64,000 bases of DNA from Spirochaetia bacterium (GTDB lineage: Bacteria; Spirochaetota; Spirochaetia; SP-2023). The stretch covers positions 352,001 through 416,000 of the forward strand of contig OZ253665.1 of the NCBI GenBank assembly GCA_965263295.1, given 5' to 3'. Positions 10,901-21,973 of the stretch are shown here, piece by piece. Every line of letters begins with the position of its first letter. Positions within the stretch are counted from its first letter, which is position 1. The translations under genes were made by a program, and so were the position numbers. A model generated the notes under the pieces. It saw nothing but the letters and a program-made list of their open reading frames with translations, ran no database searches and had not been told where the DNA came from.

Positions 10901-11439
10901 CGGTTTTCCTGTCGCCAGATGTCGAAGAAATCAGTGCCCTACTCAAAGAATCAGGAGTGTCGGGGGCTTCCAAAATGACAGTCTACGATGGCTTGACCGG
11001 TGACGCCTTTGAAAGCCCAATTTTAGTGGGATATATGTATTATCTGAAATTGCATCACTTAGTCGACGATAAGATGCATGCTCGTTCGACGGGTCCTTAC
11101 TCGTTGGTGACGCAGCAGCCTTTGGGTGGCAAGGCCCAGTTTGGTGGTCAGCGTCTCGGGGAGATGGAAGTGTGGGCACTTGAGGCTTACGGCGCTTCTC
11201 ATACGCTTCAGGAGTTGATGACAGTAAAATCAGATGATATGAATGGTCGTGTTCATGTCTACGAAAGCATTGTCAAAGGAGAGCCGGCTTCGGCCTCTGG
11301 TATTCCTGAGTCGTTTAACGTATTGGTGCAAGAACTTCGCGGCCTAGCCTTGGATGTTTCGGTCTACGATAGCAAAGGTAAGCCATTGCCGCTGACTGAG
11401 CGCGATGATGAATTGATTAATCGTCAGGATTCTTTCTGA
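7930..11439 (+). CDS. rpoB: DNA-directed RNA polymerase beta subunit
   Basis: [62 protein letters not shown] start after GAGGAG; ATG 7969 is an alternative. Confidence 0.98.
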   Translation: MGNETKDIALEKLMSKIERNYVGEEYSEVLALPNLVEVQTLSYERFLSNSIQGEQKVSENLQDVFNSVFPIESPNGDLLIEYVDFSLDYHGVRFSEAECKRKGHTYAVPLKARINLVFQHTGEIRQKGIYMGDIPIMTERGTFVINGIERIVVSQLHRSPGVIFNNDKGVYSSRIIPYRGSWLDLEVDSKKEVVYTKIDRKKRILVTMFLRALGLSTREEIIDAFYKSKTVRLSQKAVKDLPGSYLAKAVYVKDENGSERKLYRAGEKLMPHDIDDLQHSKVSSISIIDMLAEGSLNSAVILNCFKREAGLFAEDLENKKDEPSREDAFGIVYSTLQPGDPVTVEAADRELQSIFFSARRYDLGKVGRYKLNKKLETKAPSTLQVLTIEDIILTVKHLIKVYEGYESIDDIDHMGNRRVRSVGELMANQLKTAFSRMERIVRERMPLKDAETLNPQDLISTKPIVSAIKDFFGSSQLSQFMEQVNPLAELTHKRRLNALGPGGLSRDRAGFEVRDVHYSHYGRMCPIETPEGPNIGLIVSLANYTRINEFGFLETPYRRVVNGKVTDQIEFLSAMDEEKCYIAQASAAIDERGNFTDELVAVRRSGDYTNKTPDEIEYMDVSPRQIISTAASLIPFLEHDDANRALMGCNMQRQAVPLLFPEAPVVGTGMEAKAAYDAGIVAKACESGEVTYVTSTEIRIRHEGEDKDTSYPLIQYGRTNQDTSFHQRPLVSLGDRVEKGELIADGPATDKGELALGRNLLVGFVPWNGYNFEDAVLISQKVVKEDCYTSIHIKEFSIQIRETKLGLDKITRDIPNIADKSLGHLDEEGIVRIGAQVKSGDILVGRITPKSESDSTPEFRLLNSIFGEKARDVRDTSLKLPHGVEGTVVEIQRLARSAGDNLDPGVNEVIKVVLATKRKLKEGDKMAGRHGNKGVVARILPEEDMPFLEDGTPLEVCLNPLGIPSRMNIGQILETMLGHAGKRLNKFYEAPVFLSPDVEEISALLKESGVSGASKMTVYDGLTGDAFESPILVGYMYYLKLHHLVDDKMHARSTGPYSLVTQQPLGGKAQFGGQRLGEMEVWALEAYGASHTLQELMTVKSDDMNGRVHVYESIVKGEPASASGIPESFNVLVQELRGLALDVSVYDSKGKPLPLTERDDELINRQDSF

Positions 11440-11465
11440 GAAGCCAGGTAAGGAGTTTTACGGAA

Positions 11466-14400
11466 ATGAGAGATATTCAGGAATTTGATAGCTTGAAGAT
11501 CCGCTTGGCATCGCCAGAGCAGATCCGCAGTTGGTCTTATGGCGAGGTCAAAAAGCCAGAGACCATTAACTACCGTAGCCTGAGACCGGAAAGAGACGGT
11601 CTGTTTTGCGAACGTATTTTCGGTACCACGAAAGAATGGGAATGTTTCTGCGGCAAGTTTAAATCAATTCGTTATAAGGGTGTTGTCTGTGATCGTTGTG
11701 GCGTAGAGATCACCCACAGTCGTGTCCGCCGCGAGCGCATGGGGCATGTCGAGCTGGCCGCTCCGGTTTCGCACATATGGTACTACCGCGCGATCCCATC
11801 GAGTATGGGAGCGTTGCTTAGCCTGTCGCAAAGTGCGCTGCGCGCCGTACTGTACTATGAGAAATACATTGTAGTTGATCCGGGGAACACGGAACTGGAA
11901 CTGCATCAACTTCTGACAGAAGGGGAATACACTGAGGCTCGCGATCGCTTTGGCGAAGCCTTCAACGCCGGTATTGGCGCCGAATGTATTAAACAGATGC
12001 TCGAAAATCTCGACTTGGATGCCCTGTCGGCGGAGCTGCGTGCCAGGATGATTGAAAAAGGATCTAAGGCGGATAAAAAGCTGCTCAAGCGTATTGAAAT
12101 TGTTGAGAATTTTAATCGTTCGGACAGTGAAGCCAAGTGGATGATTCTGGATGTAATACCGGTCATTCCGCCCGATCTGCGACCGATGGTTCAGTTGGAT
12201 GGTGGCCGTTTCGCCACCTCTGATCTGAACGATTTGTATCGCCGCGTGATCAACCGCAATAATCGTCTAAAACGTCTGTTGGCTCTTTCGGCGCCAGAAG
12301 TCATCATTCGCAACGAAAAATGCATGTTGCAGGAGGCGGTGGACGCGCTTTTAGACAACTCCAAGCGCAAAAAAGTCAACAAGGGTCCGGCCAATCGTCC
12401 TTTCAAGTCGCTTTCTGATCTACTGAAGGGCAAGCAGGGGCGCTTTCGGCAGAATCTGCTGGGTAAACGCGTCGATTATTCTGGCCGTTCGGTAATTGTG
12501 GTGGGTCCACAGCTCAAGCTACATCAGTGTGGCTTGCCGACCAACATGGCTCTAGAGTTGTATAAACCCTTTATCATGCGCAAGTTGGTAGAGAAAGGGA
12601 TCGTTTTTAACATTAAAAAAGCCAAGACTTTGGTGGAGCAGACCACCACTGAAGTTTGGGAAGTTCTGGATGAAGTGGTATGCGAGCATCCTGTGCTGCT
12701 GAATCGCGCCCCGACGTTGCACCGCTTGGGTATCCAGGCATTTGAGCCTGTACTCGTCGAAGGCAAGGCCATCCAGCTCCATCCGCTCGTCTGTCATGCA
12801 TTTAACGCTGACTTTGACGGCGACCAAATGGCGGTGCATTTGCCCCTGACCCAGGCGGCACAGGTTGAGTGTTGGTCTCTGATGTTGGCCTCTAAAAACC
12901 TCATGAACCCGGCCAATGGCATGTCTGTGGTGTTCCCTTCGCAGGACATAGTCCTGGGTATCTATCTGTTGACCAAGCCGCGCAAGGGAGACAAGGGAGA
13001 GGGCCGCCATTTCTCCAGTTTTAATGAGGTGTTAAAGGCTTTGGACTTAAAGCAAGTCAGCTATCATTCGCTGATTAAAGTTCCCAATCCGGCGTTTGCC
13101 AAAGAGAATGCTGAAACGAAACCACGTTGGCTGGAGACGACTCCGGGGCGTGTCGTTTTTAATATGGCGATTCCCCATATTGCTGGCTTTGTGAATGAAA
13201 CATTGGGTGATAAGGGTTTGCGCAATTTGATTGAGCGCTCTTTCGAGGAGAATGGAGCTGCGCTTACCGTGGAGCTGTTAGATAATATCAAGGCCGTTGG
13301 TTTCCGGCATGCTACGTTGCTCGGTTGTTCCATTGGCATCGACGATATCCTGATTCCCGATGAGAAGCGTGAGCTGATTGAGAAGTCCAATCAAGATGTG
13401 GCCAGGATTCAAGAGCAGTATCGTTCTGGCCACATAACCAACGAAGAACGCTACAATCGCGTAGTCGAAGTTTGGAGCAAGACGAATGAAGACTTGACTC
13501 GCCTGATGATGGACTTGTTGTCGGAAGATCAGCAAGGGTTTAATAATGTTTATATTATGGCAGACTCTGGGGCTCGTGGGTCGCGCAACCAAATCCGCCA
13601 GTTGGCGGGCATGCGCGGGCTGATGGCGAAGCCCTCTGGTGATATTATTGAGCTGCCGATTCGCTCCAATTTTAAAGAAGGCCTTTCAGTAATTGAATTC
13701 TTTATTTCGACTAACGGTGCCCGCAAGGGGCTGGCTGATACGGCCTTGAAGACGGCGGATGCCGGTTACTTGACTCGCCGTTTGGTCGATATTTCACAGG
13801 ATGTAGTCGTCAATCAGGAAGACTGCGGCACTATTAACGGCATTGTGATGTCGGCGCTGAAGGGGAGCGGCGAAGAGATTGTTGAGAGCCTCGCGGATCG
13901 AATTCGCGGTAGTTATACCCTAGAACGTGTCAAGCATCCAATCACTGGCGCTTTAATTCTTGATGTGAATGAAGAAATTACCGATGCCATTGCCAATCAT
14001 ATTGAGCAGATTGGTATTGAAGAGGTTCGCGTGCGCACTGTGCTGACTTGTGAAGCCCGTTACGGCGTGTGTTGCAAGTGCTATGGTCGCGATCTTTCGA
14101 CTCGTAAGACTGTCAACGTCGGCGAAGCTGTCGGTATTTTGGCGGCACAGTCCATCGGCCAGCCGGGGACTCAGTTGACCATGCGTACTTTCCATGTCGG
14201 CGGAACAGCCTCGACCGTCGCCGAAGACAACAAAATTGCTTTGAAATATCCCGTGCTGGTGCGTGACATTCAGGGTCATTACCTGGATATGGGGGAGAAG
14301 CGTTTGCTCTTTACTCGCAAGGGTTACATCTTCGTTTCCAAAATTCTTGAACAGCACAGTTTGGCCGCAGGTGACAAATTTCTGCTGGAAGATGGGGAGC

Positions 14401-15902
14401 GCGTCGTCAAGGGCGTGCCGATTATTGAGCGCAATGATGAAGTGATTGAAGCCCAGCAGACGGCCTTTATCGTGCGCAAGCCAGATAGCTTGCTGCTCGT
14501 TGCCCAAGACCAGCGTTTGGAAGTCCGCAACGGTTCAAACGTTGGCGTCAAGATTGGCCAGATTGTTGGTATTGACGAACCGATTGCTGTATTTGATCCT
14601 TTTAGCGATCCAATTATTGCTGAGCAGGGCGGTAGAGTTCGGCTTGTCGACTTAATTAATGGTGTCACCTTGCGTGAGGAGCTCAATGAGGAAACGGGCA
14701 ACATTGAAAAGAAGATTGCCGAGCAGTTCTCGCAAAGCCTGGAGCCCCGCATTGAGTTATTAGACGACAGCGATGAAGTGATTGGCAATTATTACTTGCC
14801 GGGTGGTTCTTACTTGAGCGTTGAAGATGGGGCCAGAATTGCCGCGGGTCGCGTTCTGGCCAAGTTGCTGAAGGAGAATGCCAAGACTCAGGATATTACT
14901 GGCGGTTTGCCGCGAGTGGTTGAACTGTTTGAAGCTCGCCGGCCCAAGAATGCTGCGATTCTGGCCAGTATAACGGGCACCGTGCATTTTCGCGGCTTGT
15001 TTAAAGGTAAGCGTCTGGTGATTGTCGAAGACCCATATGGTAACGAGAGTCGTCACCTGATCCCCCAAGGGCGTCATTTGCTGGTACGCGATGGTGACCC
15101 TGTGGTCGTCGCCGAGCCACTTTGTGATGGCCCGATTGATCCGCACACAGTGCTGGAAATTCAGGGTGAAAACGCTTTACAGCGCTTCTTGGTGGATGAA
15201 GTTCAGGAAGTATACCGTATGCAGGGGGTAAATATTAACGACAAGCACATAGGTGTAATTATCCGCCAGATGATGAGCAAGGTAGAAATCGTAGATGTAG
15301 GTGATACCCAGTTTATTTATGGCCAGCAAGTCGATAAGTATACCTTTCGCACGCAGAACGAAAGTGTTCTCCGTGAGGGGGGGCGCCCAGCTGTAGCCCG
15401 GCCATTGCTCCAAGGTATAACTAAGGCCTCGCTGAACATCAACTCGTGGGTTTCGGCCGCATCGTTCCAGGAAACTACGCGGGTACTCACCAATGCAGCG
15501 ATTGCTGGAAGTACCGATCCTTTGAATGGTTTAAAGGAAAATGTGATCATTGGCCACATGATTCCAGCAGGTACGGGTATGAAGAAGTACCGCGATTTAC
15601 AGCTTTATACTGAGGATATGGAAGACTTGGACGCCCATATTCAGGAAATTTTGGAGCAGCGTCGCATTGAACAGGAAGAGGCTGAGCGTTTGGCTTTAGA
15701 GCAGGAGGCAAAAGAGGACCTGATTCTAGAGGATGATCCTTTCCCATTCTTTGATGATTCTGCACCGGCGGAAACAGTTAAGGCTCCCAAGTCTTTTGAA
15801 AGTAATGACAATAGTCCTTCAGATGAAAGTGATTCTACTTGTGATGAAGATGAGGAAACGTATGATGACTTCGCGGACACAGAAGGAGATGTCGGGGCTT
15901 AG
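11466..15902 (+). CDS. rpoC: DNA-directed RNA polymerase beta' subunit
   Basis: [12 protein letters not shown] catalytic motif, N-terminal Zn finger, [19 protein letters not shown], long acidic C-terminal tail. Confidence 0.98.
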   Translation: MRDIQEFDSLKIRLASPEQIRSWSYGEVKKPETINYRSLRPERDGLFCERIFGTTKEWECFCGKFKSIRYKGVVCDRCGVEITHSRVRRERMGHVELAAPVSHIWYYRAIPSSMGALLSLSQSALRAVLYYEKYIVVDPGNTELELHQLLTEGEYTEARDRFGEAFNAGIGAECIKQMLENLDLDALSAELRARMIEKGSKADKKLLKRIEIVENFNRSDSEAKWMILDVIPVIPPDLRPMVQLDGGRFATSDLNDLYRRVINRNNRLKRLLALSAPEVIIRNEKCMLQEAVDALLDNSKRKKVNKGPANRPFKSLSDLLKGKQGRFRQNLLGKRVDYSGRSVIVVGPQLKLHQCGLPTNMALELYKPFIMRKLVEKGIVFNIKKAKTLVEQTTTEVWEVLDEVVCEHPVLLNRAPTLHRLGIQAFEPVLVEGKAIQLHPLVCHAFNADFDGDQMAVHLPLTQAAQVECWSLMLASKNLMNPANGMSVVFPSQDIVLGIYLLTKPRKGDKGEGRHFSSFNEVLKALDLKQVSYHSLIKVPNPAFAKENAETKPRWLETTPGRVVFNMAIPHIAGFVNETLGDKGLRNLIERSFEENGAALTVELLDNIKAVGFRHATLLGCSIGIDDILIPDEKRELIEKSNQDVARIQEQYRSGHITNEERYNRVVEVWSKTNEDLTRLMMDLLSEDQQGFNNVYIMADSGARGSRNQIRQLAGMRGLMAKPSGDIIELPIRSNFKEGLSVIEFFISTNGARKGLADTALKTADAGYLTRRLVDISQDVVVNQEDCGTINGIVMSALKGSGEEIVESLADRIRGSYTLERVKHPITGALILDVNEEITDAIANHIEQIGIEEVRVRTVLTCEARYGVCCKCYGRDLSTRKTVNVGEAVGILAAQSIGQPGTQLTMRTFHVGGTASTVAEDNKIALKYPVLVRDIQGHYLDMGEKRLLFTRKGYIFVSKILEQHSLAAGDKFLLEDGERVVKGVPIIERNDEVIEAQQTAFIVRKPDSLLLVAQDQRLEVRNGSNVGVKIGQIVGIDEPIAVFDPFSDPIIAEQGGRVRLVDLINGVTLREELNEETGNIEKKIAEQFSQSLEPRIELLDDSDEVIGNYYLPGGSYLSVEDGARIAAGRVLAKLLKENAKTQDITGGLPRVVELFEARRPKNAAILASITGTVHFRGLFKGKRLVIVEDPYGNESRHLIPQGRHLLVRDGDPVVVAEPLCDGPIDPHTVLEIQGENALQRFLVDEVQEVYRMQGVNINDKHIGVIIRQMMSKVEIVDVGDTQFIYGQQVDKYTFRTQNESVLREGGRPAVARPLLQGITKASLNINSWVSAASFQETTRVLTNAAIAGSTDPLNGLKENVIIGHMIPAGTGMKKYRDLQLYTEDMEDLDAHIQEILEQRRIEQEEAERLALEQEAKEDLILEDDPFPFFDDSAPAETVKAPKSFESNDNSPSDESDSTCDEDEETYDDFADTEGDVGA

Positions 15903-15920
15903 AGTTTGAGCTGTCATCTG

Positions 15921-15952
15921 AAAAAGAGAGGAGCGAGTGCCTCTCTTTTTTT
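15921..15952 (+). terminator. Intrinsic terminator after rpoC
   Basis: aaaaagagagg-agcgagtg-cctctctttttt followed by a T-run. Confidence 0.85.
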
Positions 15953-16079
15953 GCGTATTTTATCACCCTCCAAGGCTTTTAATTGTAATAAGTAATAAAA
16001 TTGTGATAACAAATTGGCATAAACAGGCAGTATTGTGCCTATTTTGCAAATAATGTAGGGGAGAAATGATTCCAAATAT

Positions 16080-17510
16080 ATGAAAATACTACCCTCTTGG
16101 CAGAGTATTGTAGCTGATTACAGGAAGATTGTCTTGTTAGCCTTTCCTGTGGTTTTTAGTAATGCCGTCGATACTGTGATGATGATGCTAGATCGCCTGT
16201 TTCTGGCTCGGGTGGTTGTTGATGGTGGCAGTGAGGTATTGCTGGGAGGGGCAATGGGTGGGGCTGTTATAAGCTGGCTGGTACAGGCTCCACTCGTCGG
16301 CTTGCTCTTGTATACCAATGCTCTGGCTTCACAGAATTTTGGGCGCGGTAATTTGCCGCGCTGTACTCAGGTAAGTGCGCAAGCTATGTATTGGGCTCTT
16401 GCGCTCTATCCATTTATGTTGTTTTTGGCTGGCTTTACTCCAGATATTCTGATCTGGATGGGACACGACCCCGTTATGGCGGATGCGGAGTGGACTTATT
16501 CTCGGATTCTAATATATGGGGGACTATTTTCGCAGTTGCGAATTCCACTGAACAGTTTTTTTATTGCCAGTAACCGATCAAGCCTGGTCATGAGAGTTTC
16601 GTTTATCGGTCTTATGTTCAATATCCCGATGGATTACTGGCTTATATTTGATGTCCCTTTCAGCTTGAATATGGGTGCCTGGGGGAATTGGAATCTGCAG
16701 CCCAGCGCTTTGGGGCTAAGCACTGGTATTGCCGGGGCAGCAGTTGCCACGCTAGCTGCACAGTCATTGACGTTTTGTTTATTATTTGTGCTGTTCTTGC
16801 GCCAGAGACGTGAGTATCGTGTCGCGGAATCTTGGTATCTGCGCCTAGATATTCACAGTGAGTTGCTGCGTTTTGGCTTGCCAGCCTCCCTGGAAGGCTC
16901 TTTAGTCTCGTTTTCCTTTAATATCTTCCTGATGCTGTTTAATGCGATCAGCCCTTTGGTTGCGGCCGCAGGTACCATCACTTTTAGCTGGGACCTATGC
17001 AATTTCATTGTTTTAATGGGTATTGGCACGGCGACGACGACTTTGGTGGGGCAAAGTTTAGGAGAAGGCAATATTTTGCGAGCCAAACGCTACACGTGTT
17101 TGATTCTTCTTGGAGCCTTGAGTTTTTCGGGGTTTATCAGTCTATGGTTTATCTTTGCGCCGGATTTACTGAGCCGGGTTTTTGTCTCGGAAGCGGCTTT
17201 GGAACGGGAAGCATTGCTGGCCATGAGCCACAAAATGCTACGTCTGGCCACGTTTTACCTGCTGGCGGATGCTGTGGGGGTTGTGATGAGGGGAGCGCTG
17301 AACGGGGCTGGCGATACGTTTGCCGTTATGCTTATTTCCGCGTCATGGCACCTATTGTTACTCGTTGGAGCCGTTGTTGTACTGCGTGTTCTTCATTTAG
17401 GCGCTATTGAAGTTTGGACTTTTTTTGTTGTTTATGTTTTGTTTATGAATGCGACCTTTGCCCTGCGGTATATGAGTGGGCGCTGGTCTCGGCGTTGGGC
17501 TTCGCTGTGA
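16080..17510 (+). CDS. MATE family efflux transporter
   Basis: LAFPVV...DRLFLARV, ASQNFG, NIPMDYWLIF, GIAGAAVAT, VGQSLG, GALNGAGDT. About 12 hydrophobic segments. Confidence 0.92.
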   Translation: MKILPSWQSIVADYRKIVLLAFPVVFSNAVDTVMMMLDRLFLARVVVDGGSEVLLGGAMGGAVISWLVQAPLVGLLLYTNALASQNFGRGNLPRCTQVSAQAMYWALALYPFMLFLAGFTPDILIWMGHDPVMADAEWTYSRILIYGGLFSQLRIPLNSFFIASNRSSLVMRVSFIGLMFNIPMDYWLIFDVPFSLNMGAWGNWNLQPSALGLSTGIAGAAVATLAAQSLTFCLLFVLFLRQRREYRVAESWYLRLDIHSELLRFGLPASLEGSLVSFSFNIFLMLFNAISPLVAAAGTITFSWDLCNFIVLMGIGTATTTLVGQSLGEGNILRAKRYTCLILLGALSFSGFISLWFIFAPDLLSRVFVSEAALEREALLAMSHKMLRLATFYLLADAVGVVMRGALNGAGDTFAVMLISASWHLLLLVGAVVVLRVLHLGAIEVWTFFVVYVLFMNATFALRYMSGRWSRRWASL

Positions 17511-17726
17511 GTGCGTAACTTGAGGGGTTGTTGTTGCCGCAATAGCGACTGAAATAAACTTGCATTTTTTGAAAAAACGATATTTTTTCTTTGTCAGACT
17601 GGGTGATCTTGATTACAGTTAGTAGTTGCAGGTTTCAGGCTTGAATTTTTTACAGCCGGTTTTGCATTTCTGGAGGGGAAAGCATGACTCAGCTCCTGTT
17701 TTGAGCACAAGTTATGTGAAATTTTT

Positions 17727-19976
17727 GTGATGAAAAGAGTTCTTTCGGCCTTGTTGGTATGGGGCGCGATAATGACTACAGAATTGGTTCCGCCACTGTG
17801 CGCGGATGTTGTATATCACCTTTCTATTCTAGTTGACCCTAATCTTAATGACTCTGTCGCGCTGGTCAATCTGTTTCCAGGTAACAGTTCGGTTAGTGTG
17901 GCTAATGCGGATACGGGGCGGCGCGAGGTCTTTACTGTTCAGCAGCGCAATTCAATTGGACGTAAAATTGCACTTTCTCCGAATGCGGCTAAGCGCTTGG
18001 GTCTGGGTGAAGGCAGTATTGCTGAGGTGCGGATCGTTGAATTAGCTCTGAATGGCGATACCACAGGCAGAGACGTAAACCCTGCGGCGGAGTACCAAGA
18101 CATTGTGGCGAGTCCGATCGGCACCGATGGCTCTTTTTCACGCCCAACGTTAGAGCCTGTTTCCAGTGGCTCTTCTGCTTCTTCGGCAGCGCCAGATATG
18201 GAGGCTCACAGTCCTGCCGGTAACTTTAGTGGTCCCAGTCTCCCTGGCGCTCAAACCTCTGACCTACCCAGTGAGCCTATTGTCCAGAATGCCGTGCCGG
18301 AAATCTATACTGAGCCTTTGGCAGATGGTCTACCGCCGGCAGCCCAGGCTCCGGTGGCTAATGCGGCCAAACCCTCGAAACGTTCTGCCAACGCCAATGA
18401 TGAATCGTTGGTGATCAACATGCGAGATCAGGACTTGCATATCCCTCTGCCGGCCAAGGGTAAGGAATTGAAGGCGCAGAATCCAACACCTAATTCCATC
18501 GCAGGCAGCGGTACGCCAACGGAACCCTTAAAAAAAGATAGGCCTCCTGATGAGCCGCTTACGACTCAGCTCCCAGCAGGAGATCCGTTTGCCGCGCGTT
18601 CTAGAGCTGTGGACAATGATGACGGTGCGGATCTTACTGAGATACAATTTTATAGTCCGGTGACGAAGCGAAATACTCCACCTTTAAAATCAAAGAACTT
18701 GAATACGGTGGCCCCACAGGCAAACCCTAATGCCGCCAAAGCGGAATCAATATCCGGGACTGAGCAACCAAAGCTGGCACAGACGAATGAACCGCGAGCT
18801 ACTAGAAGATATGAACCTGAGAGTGGAGTAATATCGCCGATGGGAGATGTTCAATCCTTTAATGAAGCAACGGCAAGTCGTGCCCCTTCCGGGGAGCGGT
18901 CTTCTAGTGAGGGGAACTCAGTTTTGAATCGTCCTGCCGATTTGGGCTTGCGAGCGGGCGGTTCGGACGAGTTGCCGAGCGAAAACAAAAAGAAGCCTCT
19001 CAATGAGGCAATAGCCAGTCGGGCCCCTTCTGAGGAACAGTCTTCTTCTGCGGATAACTCGGTTTTGAATCGTCCTGCCGATTTGGGCTTGCGAGCGGGC
19101 GGTTCGGACGAGTTGCCGAGCGAAAACAAAAAGAAACCTCTCAATGAGGCAATAGCCAGTCAGGCCCCTTCTGGGGAACAGCCTTCTTCTGAAGGCAACT
19201 CGGTTCTGAATCGTTCTGCCGATTTGGGCCTGCGAGCGGGCGGTTCGGACGAGTTGCCGAGCGAAAACAAAAAGAAACCTCTAGATGAGGCGATGACAAG
19301 CCGTGTCCCTTTAAGGGAGCGGTCTTCTACTGAGGGTAACTCAGTTTTGAATCGTCCTGCCGATTTGGGCTTGCGAGCGGGCAGTCTGGACGAGTTGCCG
19401 AGCGAAAGCAGAAAAACCCCTCAAGTTGACAGTACCCCCGATAGTCCTCAAATTTACTTTCCAAAAGCGGCAGACATGAGTCCGCCACCTTCTAGTGGCA
19501 AGGAGTTATTAGAACCGCCAACTAGTGTCATTGCTATTAAGCCGCCTGTTAATTCCCCCAAGGATTCGCGTTTGGAGTCGCTAGCGACTCCAAACGCGAT
19601 GGTTACTTCGCCACGAGATAAGCGCAAAATGCAGCCTGTAGCTCCCACCCCCCTGGCTCCAACCGACAGTCGGGCTGCTTCCTCTGAGCCAGTCAGGGCA
19701 AAATCCGCCCCAGTTCATGTAATTGGTAGTCTGAACAACTTGGGACTGCCCACGGGTTATTACATTCAACTGGCCTCGTTCCAAGATGTGCGCAAGACTC
19801 GGCCGGTTTATCAGCAGTTTGTCAACGAATACAAAATGAATGTAGTCCCGACTGAGATTGACGGTCAGAAATACTATCGTTGTCTGATTGGGAACCTGAA
19901 TGAGTCGGAAGTTGCCTCAGTCCTACGCAAGGTCCGCTCGGCAGGTTATAAGGATGCTTTTGTGTATAAGAACTAA
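17727..19976 (+). CDS. Exported SPOR-domain protein with an N-terminal RlpA-like barrel and a long repetitive linker
   Basis: Hydrophobic N-terminus. IALSPNAAKRLGL...EVRI resembles an RlpA double-psi barrel. C-terminal YYIQLASF...YRCLIG...GYKDAFV is SPOR-like. The centre is P/S/E-rich. Confidence 0.72.
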   Translation: MMKRVLSALLVWGAIMTTELVPPLCADVVYHLSILVDPNLNDSVALVNLFPGNSSVSVANADTGRREVFTVQQRNSIGRKIALSPNAAKRLGLGEGSIAEVRIVELALNGDTTGRDVNPAAEYQDIVASPIGTDGSFSRPTLEPVSSGSSASSAAPDMEAHSPAGNFSGPSLPGAQTSDLPSEPIVQNAVPEIYTEPLADGLPPAAQAPVANAAKPSKRSANANDESLVINMRDQDLHIPLPAKGKELKAQNPTPNSIAGSGTPTEPLKKDRPPDEPLTTQLPAGDPFAARSRAVDNDDGADLTEIQFYSPVTKRNTPPLKSKNLNTVAPQANPNAAKAESISGTEQPKLAQTNEPRATRRYEPESGVISPMGDVQSFNEATASRAPSGERSSSEGNSVLNRPADLGLRAGGSDELPSENKKKPLNEAIASRAPSEEQSSSADNSVLNRPADLGLRAGGSDELPSENKKKPLNEAIASQAPSGEQPSSEGNSVLNRSADLGLRAGGSDELPSENKKKPLDEAMTSRVPLRERSSTEGNSVLNRPADLGLRAGSLDELPSESRKTPQVDSTPDSPQIYFPKAADMSPPPSSGKELLEPPTSVIAIKPPVNSPKDSRLESLATPNAMVTSPRDKRKMQPVAPTPLAPTDSRAASSEPVRAKSAPVHVIGSLNNLGLPTGYYIQLASFQDVRKTRPVYQQFVNEYKMNVVPTEIDGQKYYRCLIGNLNESEVASVLRKVRSAGYKDAFVYKN
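18861..19421 (+). repeat. Coding tandem repeat, 141 bp (47 aa) x ~4
   Basis: Units start at 18861, 19002, 19143 and 19284. Consensus is approximately NEAxASRAPSxExSSSEGNSVLNRPADLGLRAGGSDELPSENKKKPL. Confidence 0.95.
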
Positions 19977-19978
19977 AA

Positions 19979-21391
19979 TCATAGTAGAGCTCTTAATACA
20001 CCGCCAGTGTCGGGCAGGGCTCGGCTCTCAAGGTTTTGCAGGTCGCGCAGTTGCCAACTAAAGTCGGCTTTCAACAGCAGGAGGTAGCGACAAGACTTGA
20101 CTTCGGCACGCTGGAAGAGACTGCTCATCTTTTTGCTGCGAGGCACCAGGTCGCAGGCTTGCCCCGCGGCCTGCAATTGATTGCTGATTTGCAGGCATGC
20201 CAGCTGGGCTCGGATTGTCTCATCTGTGGAGCTGGATTTCCAATCTGGGTCCAGGCTGAGCAGCAAACCGGAACGATCGGCCATGGCTTCTGTTTGCTGC
20301 GGCCCCTGTTTTTCTAGCTCTGCGAGGCCTGCTAGCAGGCGATCCAGGCCAATGGAAGCACCCACTCCGGGCATTGGGGCCTCGCGATATAACTGTGTCA
20401 ACTGGTCATAACGGCCGCCTGAACACACGGAGCCAAGACTGGGGAGGTTTTGCAGAAAGCTTTCAAAAACCATGCCGGTATAGTAATCCAGACCGCGGGC
20501 AATGCTGGGGTCAAAATGCAGGGGCATATCGTTTTGGATGGCAAATTGGGCAATATGTTGCAACTCGTTCAAAGCCTTGTCGGCTTCCGGTGGCAGACGA
20601 GAGCCCCATTTATTCTGGACAAGTTCGCCCAGCAGGAGCCGCAGACGCTGTAGTTCGCTTTCAAAATCTATATCTGACGCACTGTTTGTTTGAGGTCGCC
20701 AGCTTAGGAAAGGAATCAAGGTCTCTGTCGTTTCGCTGCCCAGCAGTTCTTCCAGTTTCTGTTGTACCGCTTCGGCTCCGATCTTGTGCCATTTGTCAAT
20801 AATGCGCAGAGCCGAAACGCGTTGCGCTGCCGTGGTGCCACAGGTATTCCAGAAGGCTGCGAGTAGACCTCGATGGTTTATGTGGATACGCAAGGGGCCC
20901 AGAGCGGGGAAGTCTTGCTGCAGCTGGCTGAAGGCCCGGTGAGCCATTTGCAGTATGCAAAGGTCAGCCAGAATGCTCTGGTCGCCGACAATGTCAAAAT
21001 CACATTGGAAAAACTCACGATAGCGGCCACGTTGGGCATTTTCACCGCGCCATACTTTGGCGATATGGTAACGCTTGAAGGGCAAGTTCAGCAGGGCAGA
21101 GTGCTGGACGACAAAGCGAGAAAACGGCACAGTCAGGTCAAAACGTAGGGCTACTTCACGCCCGCCATTGTCCTGAAAGCGATAGATTTGCTTTTCGGTT
21201 TCGCCGCCGGCTTTACCCAGTAGAATTTCGGATAGTTCTAGCGCCGGCGTATCAATCGGATCAAAGCCCCCTAGCTCAAAGAGTTGGCCGAGTCTTTCAA
21301 TGATGCGCCTACGACGTTTTTCGCCTTGGGGGCCGTAGGGCAAAGAGTCGCGAAAGCCTTTTAATACGCGCGGTTCAATGAGCTTAGACAT
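19979..21391 (-). CDS. hisS: Histidyl-tRNA synthetase
   Basis: PRVLKGFRD, LRFDLTVP, RGENAQRGRYREFFQCDFD, ARGLDYYTG, SGGRYD, GASIGLDRL. Confidence 0.95.
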   Translation of the reverse strand: MSKLIEPRVLKGFRDSLPYGPQGEKRRRRIIERLGQLFELGGFDPIDTPALELSEILLGKAGGETEKQIYRFQDNGGREVALRFDLTVPFSRFVVQHSALLNLPFKRYHIAKVWRGENAQRGRYREFFQCDFDIVGDQSILADLCILQMAHRAFSQLQQDFPALGPLRIHINHRGLLAAFWNTCGTTAAQRVSALRIIDKWHKIGAEAVQQKLEELLGSETTETLIPFLSWRPQTNSASDIDFESELQRLRLLLGELVQNKWGSRLPPEADKALNELQHIAQFAIQNDMPLHFDPSIARGLDYYTGMVFESFLQNLPSLGSVCSGGRYDQLTQLYREAPMPGVGASIGLDRLLAGLAELEKQGPQQTEAMADRSGLLLSLDPDWKSSSTDETIRAQLACLQISNQLQAAGQACDLVPRSKKMSSLFQRAEVKSCRYLLLLKADFSWQLRDLQNLESRALPDTGGVLRALL

Positions 21392-21438
21392 ATATTTTGC
21401 TCTTTTGGGCTTTGTTGGCAGTGTTTTAGATGGATGAA

Positions 21439-21816
21439 TTAGCGCTGGGCGATGGCTTCAACTTCGACAAGTACACCCTTGGGCAGGTCGCGCACGGCAA
21501 AGCAGCTGCGGGCGGGGTATGGCTCATGAACATAGCGCCCATATACGGCGTTGAATTCGGCAAAATGGGCTATATCCGTCAGGTAGCAGGTGGTCTTGAG
21601 GATTTTGGCAAAAGAAGAGCCAGCCGCCTCAAGTACGGCCTGTAGGTTCCGCATTACCTGTTCACTTTGTTCGCCAATATTGCTGCCGACAACTTCGCCG
21701 GCTAGATTCAGGGGGATTTGGCCGGAAGTAAAGATCAGATCACCTAGGGCGTTAGCCTGGGAGTAGGGGCCGACGGCGGCTGGGGCCGCCTCACTGTGAA
21801 TGCTTGTGCGCTGCAT
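21439..21816 (-). CDS. ridA: RidA/YjgF family enamine-imine deaminase
   Basis: APAAVGPYSQA, SGQIP, FNAVY, PARSC, LPKGVLVEVEAIA. Start set at the ATG after GGAGA. Confidence 0.93.
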   Translation of the reverse strand: MQRTSIHSEAAPAAVGPYSQANALGDLIFTSGQIPLNLAGEVVGSNIGEQSEQVMRNLQAVLEAAGSSFAKILKTTCYLTDIAHFAEFNAVYGRYVHEPYPARSCFAVRDLPKGVLVEVEAIAQR

Positions 21817-21973
21817 GATAGTCTCCAATAATTTTTGTGTTGGCTTGTCAACTGCTGAAACTTAAAAATAACGAAATCTTTTGTCTTTGTCAGCTGAGAT
21901 CAGGTTTGCGACGATAAAATTACACGGCTATTCGCCATGAAGAGACGACAATCAAGTGCGAGAGATTTCTCTA

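Noticed and set aside
18861..19421. 141-bp repeats as a repeat-spacer array or mobile element
   Set aside because: The whole unit is repeated, the length is a multiple of three, and it encodes a protein linker.
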